From: Actinomyces sp.
GTDB taxonomy: Bacteria > Actinomycetota > Actinomycetes > Actinomycetales > Actinomycetaceae
DNA: 64,000 nt
Direction: 5' to 3'
Assembly (NCBI RefSeq): GCF_030530635.1
Contig: NZ_JAUMUL010000001.1
Span: 72,548 to 136,547 of the forward strand
The position numbers were made by a program, and so were the translations under genes. The stretch's first letter is position 1. Every line of letters starts with the position of its first letter. Of the stretch, positions 49,005-59,297 are shown piece by piece. The notes under the pieces were generated by a model. The model saw nothing but the letters and a program-made list of their open reading frames with translations. It searched no databases and was not told the origin of the DNA.

Positions 49005-50794
49005 TCACAGCCGCCGATACAGCTCGTCGATCTCCCCCGCGAACCGCTTGGTGACCTCATCGCGCCGCACCTTCAGCGAGGGGGTGAGCAGCCCGTTGTC
49101 AACGGTGAAGTCGCCCGGCAGCACGGTGAAGGTACGGATGGACTCGGCCCGGGAGACAGCCTCGTTGGCACGGGCCACCGCCCGCTCCAGGGCGGCGCGC
49201 ACGCGCGGGTCTCTCGCGGCGTCGATCGGGTCCATGTCCGGCAGGCCGTGGCCTGACAGCCACAGCGGCAGCATCTCCGCATCCAGCGTCACCAGGGCAC
49301 CGATGCAGGGCCGGTTGTCCCCGACCACCAGCACCTGACTGACCAGCGGGTGTCCGCGCAGGCGGTCCTCCAGCACCGCGGGCGCCACGTTCTTGCCACC
49401 CGCGGTGACAATCAGTTCCTTCTTACGGCCGGTGATGTGCAGGAAACCATCGGCGTCCAGAGTGCCGATGTCCCCGGAGCGCAACCATACGGGGCCCTCC
49501 TCGGCCGTGGTGTCGGTGACGAAGACCTCGGCGGTGGCCTCGGGGTTGTTGTGGTAGCCGCGGAAGGTGCCGATGCCGCTGATCAGGATCTCACCGTCGT
49601 CGTCCAGACGGATGGTAGTGCCCGGCAGAGGCACGCCCACCGAGCCGATGCGGCTGGCTGCCGGCAGATTCACCGTGCAGGGTGCGGCGGTCTCCGTGAG
49701 CCCGTAGCCCTCCAGCACCGTCACCCCGGCGCCCCGGTAGAAGTGACCCAGTCGCTCACCCAGCGGGCCGCCGCCGGAGATCACATGGGTCACGCGTCCG
49801 CCGAGCAGGCTGCGCAGGGTGGAGAACACCAGCCGATCGAAGGCCGCCCGCTGGACGCGCAGGCCACGGCTCGGCCCGGCCGGGGTGTCCAGGGCGCGCG
49901 AATAGGCGATCGCCGTCTTGGCGGCCAGGCGGAACACCTTCTGCTTGGCGCCGGTGGCCCGGGCGTCGGCCGCGTTGTAGATCTTCTCAAATACGCGCGG
50001 CACCGCCGGCACGAAGGTCGGTTTGAAGGAGGCCAGGTCGGTGACCAGGTTCTTCACATTGGGTGCGTGCCCCAGCACACCGGCCGAAGAGCACACGATC
50101 GCCACTTCCACGAAACGGCCCAGCACATGCGCCAGCGGCAGGAACAGCAGGGTGCGCGTCTCGGGCGCTTCCAACACCTCCGGCACGTGGGCGCAGGCGT
50201 TGACACACAGGTGAACCAGGTTGCCGTGGGTGAGTTCGGTCCCCTTGGGGCGGCCGGTGGTGCCGGAGGTGTAGACGATGGTGGCCAGGTCGGCGCTGGT
50301 CAGGCGGGCCGTGCGCGCGTCCAACTCGACGGGCCGCACATCCTTACCGACGGTGATCAGCTCGGTGACCGCGTCCCGGGACAGGTTCAGCACTAGCAGA
50401 TCGGCCAGGGCCGGATCAGCCTCCGCCAGGGTAGTGACCATGGTCTCCATGGGCTGATCCTCCACGACCACCAGCCGCACGGAGGCGTCGGTGAGGATCC
50501 AACGGGCCTGCTCCGCGGAGGACGTCTCATAGATGGGGACGACGACGAGGCCCGCCTCCCAGGCGGCAAAGTCCAGCAGCGTCCACTCGTAGCAGGTGTG
50601 AGCCATGATGCCGAGTGCCTCACCGGGCTGCAGGCCGAGGGCGACCAGGCCGGCGGCCACCTCCCGCACCTGGTCACGGAAGGCCTGCGCGGACATGTCG
50701 CGCCAGTGCCCGCCCACGGAGGACTTGCGGGCGATGAGCGCGCCGGAGGGATTGGTACGTGCCCGCTCGGCCAGCGCCCACGGCGCTGTCATGG
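49005..50794 (-). CDS. fadD: Long-chain-fatty-acid--CoA ligase (FadD15-like AMP-forming acyl-CoA synthetase), paralog 1.
   Basis: AMP-binding motifs YTSGTTGRPKG, GYGLTET, WLRSGDIG and ITGRKKELIVTAGGKNV. Start taken at MTAPWALAER (50792-50794); the track ORF extends to 51167, overlapping paralog 2. Confidence 0.8.
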
Positions 50795-50890
50795 CGGCGT
50801 GCAGCGGCACCAGCAGGGGGGTGGACTGCTCGGTCGGGTTCGGGGCCGAAGCCTCCGACTCCTCCGGCGTGGCGGCCGCGTGGCTCTGGT

Positions 50891-52783
50891 TCACTCCTGG
50901 GGCCCCTTCTTGGTGGTGGAGTAGATATCGGCGACAACTTCGGCGTAAGTATCCATCACCAGGCTGCGCTTGACCTTGAGCGATGGGGTGAGCAGCCCAT
51001 TGGCCTCGGTGAAGTCGGCCGTGAGCACCCGATAGGTGCGAATCGATTCGGCGCGGGAGACCGCCCGGTTGGTGCGGGCCACCGCCCGATCCAGCGCCGC
51101 CAGTACCTGCGGATGGGAGGAGGCCTCGACGACGTCCATCTCCGGCAGGTTGTGATTGGTCAGCCACTGCGGGAGCATCTCCCTGTCCAGCGTGACCAGG
51201 GCGGAGATGAAGGGCTCGCCGTCGCCGATCACCAGCACCTGGCTGACCAGTGGGTGTCCGCGCAGACGATCCTCAAGGATGTTGGGGGAGACGTTCTTGC
51301 CGCCGGCGGTTACGATCAGTTCCTTCTTGCGCCCGGTGATCCGTACCCACCCGTCGGCGTCGATGGAGCCGATGTCCCCGGTGCGGAACCAGCCGTCGGC
51401 CGTGAAGGAGGCGGCGGTGGCCTCGGGGTCGTTGTGATATCGGGAGAACACTCCCAGCCCGGCGACCTCCAGCTCGCCGTCTTCGCCGACCCGCACCCGG
51501 TTGCCGCACACAGGCGGGCCGACGGTGCCGATCTTGTTCAGGATGTCCAGATTCACGGAGGTCGGACCGATCGTCTCGGTCAGGCCGTATCCCTCCAGGA
51601 TGATCAGGCCTATGCCCCGGTAGAAGTGGCCGAGCCGCTCGCCGAGCGGCCCGCCGCCGGAGATGGCGTAGCGGGCGTTGGGGCCGAGCAGATCCCGAAT
51701 GGTGCGGTAGACGAGTCGATCTGCCACCGCATGGGCCGCCCGCAGCCTGCGGGAGGGGCCAGCCGGGGTATCCAGGGCGCGAGAGTAGGCGATGGCCACC
51801 TTCGCCGCCCAGCGGAAGGTACGCAGCTTGGCCCCCGAGCCGGCCTTGGCGTCGGCGGCGTTGTAGATCTTCTCCATCACCCGCGGCACCGCCAGCACAT
51901 AGGACGGGGCGAAGGACTTCAGATCGGGCAGGAGGGTCTTGACGTCGGGGGTGTGCCCCAGCACCCCGTTCCCGGCGATGGCCAGGATTTGCAGGAACCG
52001 GGCGTAGGAGTGCGCCAGGGGCAGGAACAGCAGCAGCCGGGTTTGGGGGGAGTTGAGCAGCTCCGGGATCCAGCGCACCCCGTTCCACCCCAGGCCGGCG
52101 GCCTGTCGGTGAGTGATCTCCACACCCTTGGGGCGGCCGGTGGTGCCGGAGGTGTAGATGATCGAGTAGACGTCCTCGCAGGTCAGCGCCGTCGAGCGAG
52201 CCTCGAGTTCATCCCGGTCCACCCCGCGGCCGGTCTCGGTGAGGGTGGCTATGGCGTCATGATCCAGTGAGAGCACCTTTACGCTTGCGCCGATGCGATC
52301 GGCGGCGCCGCGTACCAGTTCAGCGAGGGCCGCGGACTCGGTGACTACGAGTCTGACGTCGGCGTCGGTGATGATCCACTCGACCTGTTCGGCGGAGTCC
52401 GTCTCATAGATCGGCACGGAGACCATTCCGGCGCGAGCGATGGCCATGTCCAACAGGGTCCACTCATACGAGGTATGGGCCATAATGCCCACCGAAGCCC
52501 CGGCCGGTAGGCCCATGCCGATCAGGCCGGAGGCCGCCCGGACGACGTCCTCGCCGAAGGCGCGTGCCGTTACCTTCACCCACGAGTTGCCAAGCTGAGT
52601 CTTGCGTTCGATCAGAGTGGCGTCTGGGGTGCGGCTGATGCGGTCGGCCAGTAGCCAGGGGATGGTCCAGGTCTGCTCGGGCTCCTGTACCACTGGGCTC
52701 ACTGCGGCGCCATCGACGACGGCGGGCGATCCGGCCTCGGAGGGGACACCGGTGGACATGGGGGCGGAGGAAGATGGAGGCAC
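50891..52783 (-). CDS. fadD: Long-chain-fatty-acid--CoA ligase, paralog 2.
   Basis: Same motif set (YTSGTTGRPKG, GYGLTET, FRTGDIG, ITGRKKELIVTAGGKNV). Confidence 0.8.
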   Translation of the reverse strand: MPPSSSAPMSTGVPSEAGSPAVVDGAAVSPVVQEPEQTWTIPWLLADRISRTPDATLIERKTQLGNSWVKVTARAFGEDVVRAASGLIGMGLPAGASVGIMAHTSYEWTLLDMAIARAGMVSVPIYETDSAEQVEWIITDADVRLVVTESAALAELVRGAADRIGASVKVLSLDHDAIATLTETGRGVDRDELEARSTALTCEDVYSIIYTSGTTGRPKGVEITHRQAAGLGWNGVRWIPELLNSPQTRLLLFLPLAHSYARFLQILAIAGNGVLGHTPDVKTLLPDLKSFAPSYVLAVPRVMEKIYNAADAKAGSGAKLRTFRWAAKVAIAYSRALDTPAGPSRRLRAAHAVADRLVYRTIRDLLGPNARYAISGGGPLGERLGHFYRGIGLIILEGYGLTETIGPTSVNLDILNKIGTVGPPVCGNRVRVGEDGELEVAGLGVFSRYHNDPEATAASFTADGWFRTGDIGSIDADGWVRITGRKKELIVTAGGKNVSPNILEDRLRGHPLVSQVLVIGDGEPFISALVTLDREMLPQWLTNHNLPEMDVVEASSHPQVLAALDRAVARTNRAVSRAESIRTYRVLTADFTEANGLLTPSLKVKRSLVMDTYAEVVADIYSTTKKGPQE

Positions 52784-52936
52784 TGCATTATTCTTTCAGG
52801 TAGGGCGCCGGCAATGTGCGGATTGGAACCACGAATCCGGAGCCGGCTCTTGGAGGTTTCCTCTAAGCGGCGGGCGGGAGTTCAGGGCCCAAGCCGCGCG
52901 GACTGTGGGAAACCGGGCGGAGCGTGGCCAGGGGAC

Positions 52937-54886
52937 TCACGCGGTCTGGGCGCCGGCAGGACCGCCGTACAGGTCATCGATATCGGCTGCGAAGCGCTCC
53001 AATGCCGCACCGCGCCGTACCTTTAAAGACGGCGTGAGCAAACCGTTGGCCTCCGTGAAATCGGTGGTCAGCACCCGGATCTTCCGGATCGACTCGGCCC
53101 GGGAGACATGCCCGTTGGCACGTTCCACGGCCCGGTTCAGTGCCGCCAGCACCTGGGGGTGGGAGGCCGCCTCGGAGGCGGACATAGGTTCCAGGCCGTG
53201 GATGCGCAGCCACGACGGCAGCATCTCGGCGTCGAGTGTGATCAGTGCGGACACGAAGGGGCGCCGCTCGCCTACGACCACCACCTGGCTGATCAGCGGG
53301 TGGCCCCGCAAGGCGTCCTCCAGCGGTGCCGGGGAGACGTTCTTGCCGCCGGCGGTGACGATCACATCCTTGGCGCGGCCGGTGATGGTCAGGTAGCCGT
53401 CCCGGTCCAATGAGCCCAGATCCCCGGTGCGGAACCAGCCGTCGTCGGTGAAGGCGGCCGCGGTTGCGGCCGGATCGTTGTGGTAACCCTGGAACACGGA
53501 CGGTCCCCGCAGCAGGATCTCCCCGGCCTGCGAGATGCGCACCGCCATCGGCGGCAGCGGCGGGCCGACGGTGCCGATCTTCGACAGCCGCGGCGTGTTC
53601 ACCGCGATCGGGCCGACCGTTTCGGTCAGCCCGTACCCCTCCAACACGGGGATACCCAGGCCCCGGTAGAAGTGGGCCAGCCGTGGGGACAGCGGTGCGC
53701 CTCCGGAGATAATCCAGTCGGCGTTGTCGCCCACCAGGGTGCGGATGCGCTGGTACACGAGCCGATCGGCCACGACCCGCTGGGCACGCAGAGCGCGGGA
53801 CGGCCCGGTCGGAGTGTCGGAGGCGCGGGAATAGTCCACGGCGACCTTCGCAGCCCAGCGGAAGATCCGCCGGGCGCTGCCACCTGTCGCCCGGGCATCG
53901 GCGGAGTTGTAGATCTTCTCCAGCACCCTGGGTACCACCAGCAGGTAGGAGGGGCGGAATGAGGTCAGATCCGACAGCAGATTCTTGGTGTCCGGCACGT
54001 GCCCCATGAGGCCCTCTCCGGAGATCTGGAAGACCTCCAGGAAGCGGGCGAAGACGTGCGCCAACGGCAGGAACAGCAGCAGGCGCGAGTCCCGGCCCAT
54101 GGCTATCTCCGGCATCCACAGGTGCGCGTTGGAGCATAGGTCGGTGAAGTTCCCGTGGGACAGTACGGTGCCTTTGGGGGAGCCGGTGGTGCCGGAGGTG
54201 TAGACGATGGTGGAGATGGAGGTGATCGTCAGACGGTCGGCGCGTGCGGTCACCTGATCGTGCGGCACGCCCCGGCCGGCCTCGGTGATGCTGTGCAGCG
54301 CGCCGGTGTCCAGGGAGAGCACCTGCGGCTCGTCCCGGTCCAGGGTTCCGGCCGCGGCGCGCACCAGCTCCGCGGTGGTGATGGACTCGGTCACCACCAG
54401 GCGTGCGTCGGCGTCTTCGAGCACGTAGGCGATCTGCTCAGCCGAACTGGTCTCATAGATGGGGACTGGTACCAGCGCCGCCATCCAACAGGCGAAGTCC
54501 AGCAGGGTCCACTCATACCGGGTACGCGACATGATGGCCACCCGGTCCCCGGCCGCGAGTCCCATGCCGATCAGGCCGGCGGCCACCGAGCAGACCTCGT
54601 CGTAGAACTCCTGGGCAGTAATGGTCTGCCAGGCCTGCCCGATCTCCTGCTTGCGGGCGATCAGGGGACGGCCGGCGCTGCGGCGCACCCGATCCCGCAG
54701 CAGCGAGGGGATGGTGGTGTGTTCGTCAATACGTATGAGGGTGGGGGCCTGCCATTCGAGGGCGCCGGCGGTCGGGTGAGAGCCGGCCGAGTTCGCCGGA
54801 CCGGACGGAGTGGCCGGTGGCGGCGCGGGGAAGGCGGTCATAATGCTCTTCTTCCTGGGGCTAACGCGGCGCGACGAGAAAGGCAC
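52937..54886 (-). CDS. fadD: Long-chain-fatty-acid--CoA ligase, paralog 3.
   Basis: Same motif set (YTSGTTGSPKG, GYGLTET, FRTGDLG, ITGRAKDVIVTAGGKNV). Confidence 0.8.
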   Translation of the reverse strand: MPFSSRRVSPRKKSIMTAFPAPPPATPSGPANSAGSHPTAGALEWQAPTLIRIDEHTTIPSLLRDRVRRSAGRPLIARKQEIGQAWQTITAQEFYDEVCSVAAGLIGMGLAAGDRVAIMSRTRYEWTLLDFACWMAALVPVPIYETSSAEQIAYVLEDADARLVVTESITTAELVRAAAGTLDRDEPQVLSLDTGALHSITEAGRGVPHDQVTARADRLTITSISTIVYTSGTTGSPKGTVLSHGNFTDLCSNAHLWMPEIAMGRDSRLLLFLPLAHVFARFLEVFQISGEGLMGHVPDTKNLLSDLTSFRPSYLLVVPRVLEKIYNSADARATGGSARRIFRWAAKVAVDYSRASDTPTGPSRALRAQRVVADRLVYQRIRTLVGDNADWIISGGAPLSPRLAHFYRGLGIPVLEGYGLTETVGPIAVNTPRLSKIGTVGPPLPPMAVRISQAGEILLRGPSVFQGYHNDPAATAAAFTDDGWFRTGDLGSLDRDGYLTITGRAKDVIVTAGGKNVSPAPLEDALRGHPLISQVVVVGERRPFVSALITLDAEMLPSWLRIHGLEPMSASEAASHPQVLAALNRAVERANGHVSRAESIRKIRVLTTDFTEANGLLTPSLKVRRGAALERFAADIDDLYGGPAGAQTA

Positions 54887-54917
54887 CTGAGCGAGCCCGC
54901 TAGACGGGGCGTGTGGT

Positions 54918-57740
54918 TCAGCCGCGCTTGGCGGGCTTGACCGGAGGCTCGCCCAGTTCGAAGGCGGTCACCTGCACCGCCGGACCGTCGGCGCCGCCTG
55001 CCACCGGGACGAGCGCGAGCTCCCCGGTGACCTTGGCCGCCTCGACCAGGTCGGCGCGCACCAGTTCAATGGCGGGTGAGGCCGCCTCCGACGCCGCCAG
55101 CGTCGCCCCCAGGATCGGGGTCTTCTGACTGGTCTTGGCCTCGGACTTGACCTTGCGCAGTGCCGCCAGGGCGGCGCCGGCGTGGGCGATGAGCGCCACC
55201 TCGGCGTCACCGGCCGCCTCACGCAGCGGCGCGGCGACGGGCCAGGGCGCCCGGTGCACGGAGCCGGTGCGGTACCAGCTCCACACCTCCTCGGTGGCGA
55301 AGGGCAGGAAGGGTGCGAACAGGCGCACGAAGGTGTCTACGGCGATGGCCAGCGCGGTGCGCGCACTGCGCACGGCGGCCGGGTCGTGGGTGGCGTCGAA
55401 GTTGTTGGCGCGGTCCTTGACCAGTTCAATGTAATCGTCGCAGAAGGTCCAGAACAGCGACTCGGTCGCCTCCAGCGCGCGGGAGTGCTCAAAGCCCTCG
55501 AAGGCGGTGGTGGCCGCGTCGACCACATCCGCCAGAGCCGCCAGCACGGCCCGGTCGATCGGCTCGGTGACCTGCGCGGCGTCCAGGCTCGGGGCCGGAG
55601 CCGCCGCCTTCGCGGCCGCGTCGGCGCCCCATGGGATCCCCATCGACAGCGCGAACTTGGATGCGTTGAGCAGTTTGATGGCCAGACGGCGACCGATCTT
55701 GATCTGGGTCTCCTCGAAGGCGGCGTCCAGGCCCAGGCGGGCGGAGGCCGCCCAGTAGCGCACGGCGTCGGAGCCGTACTTCTCCAACAGGCCCATGGGG
55801 GTGACCACATTGCCCTTGGACTTGGACATCTTCTTGTGGTCGGAGTCCAGGATCCACCCCGACAGCCCCGCGTTCGTCCACGGCAGGGCGCCGAATTCCA
55901 GGTTTGCGCGCACCACGGAGGTGAACAGCCAGGTGCGGATGATGTCCTGCCCCTGGGGGCGCAGGTCCATGGGGTAGACGCGGCCGAACAGGTCCTCGTC
56001 CGTGAGCCAACCGGATGCCAGCTGGGCGGACAGTGAGGAGGTGGCCCAGGTGTCCATGATGTCCAACTCGCCGACGAATCCGCCCGGCTTGCCGCGCTGG
56101 TCCTCGGTGTAGCCGGCGGGCACGTCGCTGGAGGGATCCACCGGCAGGGCGGACTCCTCGGGGGTGATGACGGCGTCGTAGTCCACTTCGCCGTCCTCGC
56201 CCACCCGGTACCACAGCGGGAAGGGGACGCCGAAGAAGCGCTGCCGGGAGATCAGCCAGTCGTTGTTCAGGCCCCCCACCCAGTTCTCGTAGCGCACCCG
56301 CATGAAGTCGGGATAGAAGTTCAGCTCCTTGCCGCGCTCGAGCAGCTCGTCGGCCAGGTCCTCCCCGGAGGCCGGGTTGGTCCAGGCCTTGCCGCCGTTG
56401 CGGATGTACCACTGGCGGGAGGTGACGATCTCCAGCGGCTTATCGCCCTTCTCGAAGAAGTTCGTCTGTCGCACCGTCTTGGTGGGCTCCCCGCGCATCT
56501 CGCCGGAGGCCGACAACGCCTCCACCATGACCTGGCGGGCCGAGTAGGTGGTCTTGCCCGCCATGTCCGCGTAGGCCCGCCGGCCCGCCTCGGTGGTGAT
56601 CCACTCCGGCGTCTCGGTCTCGATGCGCCCGTCCTTGCGCAGGATCGCGCGTAGCGGCAGGTTCAGGTCCCGCCACCAGTCGATGTCGGTGGTGTCGCCG
56701 AAGGTGCAGCACATGGCGATGCCGGCGCCCTTGTCCATCTCCGCCTCGGGGTGCGGCAGAACCGGTACCTCCACCCCGAAGACGGGGGATGCCACGGTGG
56801 TGCCGAACAGGGGCTGGTAGCGCTCGTCGTCGGGATGGGCGACCAGCGCCACGCAGGCGGCCAGCAGCTCCGGCCGGGTGGTCTCGATGCACACGTCGGC
56901 GGTGCCGCCTGGGCCGGTCTCGATAGGGGCGCCCGCGGCGGCGGCGGTGGCAGCGGCCTGGGGGTCGACGACGTGGAAGGCCAGGCGGTGGTAGAAGCCC
57001 GGATACTCGCGCGACTCGATCTCCGCCTGGGCCACAGCAGTGCCGAAGGTGACGTCCCACAGGCCGGGGGCCTGCGCCTGGTAGGCCTCTCCGCGCGCCA
57101 GGTTGCGCAGGAATGCGGTCTGGGCGATCTTGCGGGCGCGCTTCCCGATGGTCTGGTAGTTCTGCTTCCAGTCCACGCTCAGCCCCAGGTGGCGCCACAG
57201 GGCCTCGAACTGGGCCTCGTCCAGGGCGGTCAGGCGCTCGCACAGCTCCACGAAGTTGCGCCGCGAGATCGGCACCTGGTCGCGGGCCTTAATGGACTTG
57301 CCCTCACCGCCGGTGTGGGGGGGAATGAAGTCCGGGTCATAGGGCAGGGAGGGGTCGCAGCGAACCCCGAAGTAGTTCTGCACCCGCCGCTCGGTGGGCA
57401 GGCCGTTGTCGTCCCAGCCCATGGGGTAGAAGACAGCCTTGCCGCGCATGCGCTGGAAACGGGCGAGGGTATCGGTGTGCGTGTAGGAGAACACGTGGCC
57501 CACGTGCAGGGAGCCGGAGACGGTCGGGGGCGGTGTGTCGATGGAGAAGACCTCCTGACGCTCGGCGCTGCGGTCGAAGGTGTAGATGCCGTGCCTCTCC
57601 CAGCGCTCCTTCCAGGCCTCCTCCAAGCCGTCTGTGCTCACCTTCTCGGGCACGCGGGGGGAGTGGAGCTGGGAGGGCAGAAAACGCACCTGGGCCGGAA
57701 GGGGAGTAGGCGCAGCGGACTGGGCGGCGGACTCAGACAT
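54918..57740 (-). CDS. valS: Valine--tRNA ligase, archaeal-type.
   Basis: HIGH region TPPPTVSGSLHVGHVFSYTHTD...FYPMGWDDNGLPTE resembles the archaeal/actinobacterial ValS type rather than bacterial PPPNVTGSLHMGHA. KMSKSKGN is present and the protein is about 940 aa. Start taken at MSESAAQ. Confidence 0.75.
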   Translation of the reverse strand: MSESAAQSAAPTPLPAQVRFLPSQLHSPRVPEKVSTDGLEEAWKERWERHGIYTFDRSAERQEVFSIDTPPPTVSGSLHVGHVFSYTHTDTLARFQRMRGKAVFYPMGWDDNGLPTERRVQNYFGVRCDPSLPYDPDFIPPHTGGEGKSIKARDQVPISRRNFVELCERLTALDEAQFEALWRHLGLSVDWKQNYQTIGKRARKIAQTAFLRNLARGEAYQAQAPGLWDVTFGTAVAQAEIESREYPGFYHRLAFHVVDPQAAATAAAAGAPIETGPGGTADVCIETTRPELLAACVALVAHPDDERYQPLFGTTVASPVFGVEVPVLPHPEAEMDKGAGIAMCCTFGDTTDIDWWRDLNLPLRAILRKDGRIETETPEWITTEAGRRAYADMAGKTTYSARQVMVEALSASGEMRGEPTKTVRQTNFFEKGDKPLEIVTSRQWYIRNGGKAWTNPASGEDLADELLERGKELNFYPDFMRVRYENWVGGLNNDWLISRQRFFGVPFPLWYRVGEDGEVDYDAVITPEESALPVDPSSDVPAGYTEDQRGKPGGFVGELDIMDTWATSSLSAQLASGWLTDEDLFGRVYPMDLRPQGQDIIRTWLFTSVVRANLEFGALPWTNAGLSGWILDSDHKKMSKSKGNVVTPMGLLEKYGSDAVRYWAASARLGLDAAFEETQIKIGRRLAIKLLNASKFALSMGIPWGADAAAKAAAPAPSLDAAQVTEPIDRAVLAALADVVDAATTAFEGFEHSRALEATESLFWTFCDDYIELVKDRANNFDATHDPAAVRSARTALAIAVDTFVRLFAPFLPFATEEVWSWYRTGSVHRAPWPVAAPLREAAGDAEVALIAHAGAALAALRKVKSEAKTSQKTPILGATLAASEAASPAIELVRADLVEAAKVTGELALVPVAGGADGPAVQVTAFELGEPPVKPAKRG

Positions 57741-57952
57741 GGTCCCGATTCTTCCACGCCCCGGACCGCTGCCCCCGATCCGTGGCATCATCTCGGATGT
57801 GAGGTGGACAACCGGGTGGCCCTCCTCCATTGCGGCAACGCGTCAACACCGACTCAGCACGGCGTCAGACGCCGCTGGAGCGCATGTAGGCGATGCAGGG
57901 GGTGGCAGCATCATCCCGCTGAGCCGGACGGCCCTCCGACCGGCGATATCAA

Positions 57953-58561
57953 TTGACAACAAGACAACGGTCGATCCGAATGGAAAATGGGAAAGGACTG
58001 ATGGGTCCCTACAACATATCGAGCCCGGTCATTGAGGCCGGGGATGAGCAAGCGACTCCGGCGCCCGCACCCGGCACGGAGGCCCGCTATGAGCTGAAGC
58101 TGGACATGACCGCGCGGGTGCGCAGCCGGAACACCTTCAACGTGTTGTGGCCCGGGGGTGAACTGGCCACGCGCCGGGGCCAGGGAGTTGTGATGGAGGC
58201 CGCAGGCCTGCTGCGTCGTCTCGGCGTGGATGTGCGAATCCGCATGAGTCCTGCCGAGGACGACGGCCAATGGGCCGATACGGTGCTGGTACTGGATGAC
58301 GGCGGACGCGAGCCGAAGGCCCTGGAGGCGGATCTGGAGGCAGCGGTGAGCCTGGGAGAACAGACGGTGCTGTGCACCTCCGCCCCCGAGACTCTGGCCA
58401 CTGAACGGCTGTGCGAGTTGAGAACTCAACTGCGGGTACTGTCACCGGTAGATGCCTCACTGCTCGCCGCCGCATGGTTGGCTCTGGCCGAGCACGGCAC
58501 TCGGGGCGACGGTCTGGACGACTCCTCGGTCTGCGGCACCGCAGTCGGCGTGGAGTCTTGA
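57953..58561 (+). CDS. Hypothetical protein.
   Basis: High GC3 and a plausible ORF, but no recognisable motifs. The start could be one of the internal ATGs. Confidence 0.4.
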   Translation: MTTRQRSIRMENGKGLMGPYNISSPVIEAGDEQATPAPAPGTEARYELKLDMTARVRSRNTFNVLWPGGELATRRGQGVVMEAAGLLRRLGVDVRIRMSPAEDDGQWADTVLVLDDGGREPKALEADLEAAVSLGEQTVLCTSAPETLATERLCELRTQLRVLSPVDASLLAAAWLALAEHGTRGDGLDDSSVCGTAVGVES

Positions 58562-58565
58562 CCGG

Positions 58566-59240
58566 TCAGTCAGCAGCGGCGGATTTCGCACTACCAGATT
58601 TGGATCTGGCGGCCGCATGTCGGGTGGGTGCCTCCGCGCGCCGCGGGTCGTGGGGTCGGGAGGTGGCGAGGCCGAAGGCCACCACCAGCCCGACCATCAC
58701 GCCTACGACGGCGCCGGAGGCCGCGTAACGCGCCGTCGACGGCGTCTGGGTGACGGCACCCACCTGCGCCGAACTGAGCAGATTCAGACTGATCGGGTAG
58801 TCGCCACCGGCCATTGCCCCCAGGTCGTCCGACGCGTGTGCGATCACGGCGTCGGCCACCGCGATCGCGTCCTCGCGGGAGGGCGCGGACACCTGGACCT
58901 CGATGGCCGGCGAGTTGGTCACCCTGGTGGCCGTGATCCAGGCGGCGACCTCGGTGGGGGACTGCGACAGACCCAGCTCGTCGATCACCTCCTGTGCCAC
59001 CGCTGGGGAGGTTATGACAGGCAGGAAGCCGTCGGTTGCGGAGCTGGCGACGGTCGCGGCGTAGGAGTAGCCGGCGGCACCCTCCTCCGGATCCACTGCG
59101 ACCTGCACGTAGGCCATCGAACGCGCCGTGTAGGTGGGGGCGGTGGTGGTGGCCAGTACCCCGCCCCCGACGCCTCCGAGGACTCCCAGAGCGATGATCC
59201 AGGCCAAGCCTCGACGCACCAGGGTCATTAGTTCCTGCAT
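58566..59240 (-). CDS. Wzz/CpsC-like polysaccharide chain-length determinant (no kinase domain).
   Basis: 224 aa with a TM segment at each end (LAWIIALGVLGGVGGGVLA and AVVGVMVGLVVAFGLA) flanking a soluble domain. Confidence 0.55.
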   Translation of the reverse strand: MQELMTLVRRGLAWIIALGVLGGVGGGVLATTTAPTYTARSMAYVQVAVDPEEGAAGYSYAATVASSATDGFLPVITSPAVAQEVIDELGLSQSPTEVAAWITATRVTNSPAIEVQVSAPSREDAIAVADAVIAHASDDLGAMAGGDYPISLNLLSSAQVGAVTQTPSTARYAASGAVVGVMVGLVVAFGLATSRPHDPRRAEAPTRHAAARSKSGSAKSAAAD

Positions 59241-59297
59241 TGCTTTCAGATCCTTCGTGTCGGTCGGTGGGTCGGCTGGGGGTGGGCAGCAGACGGC

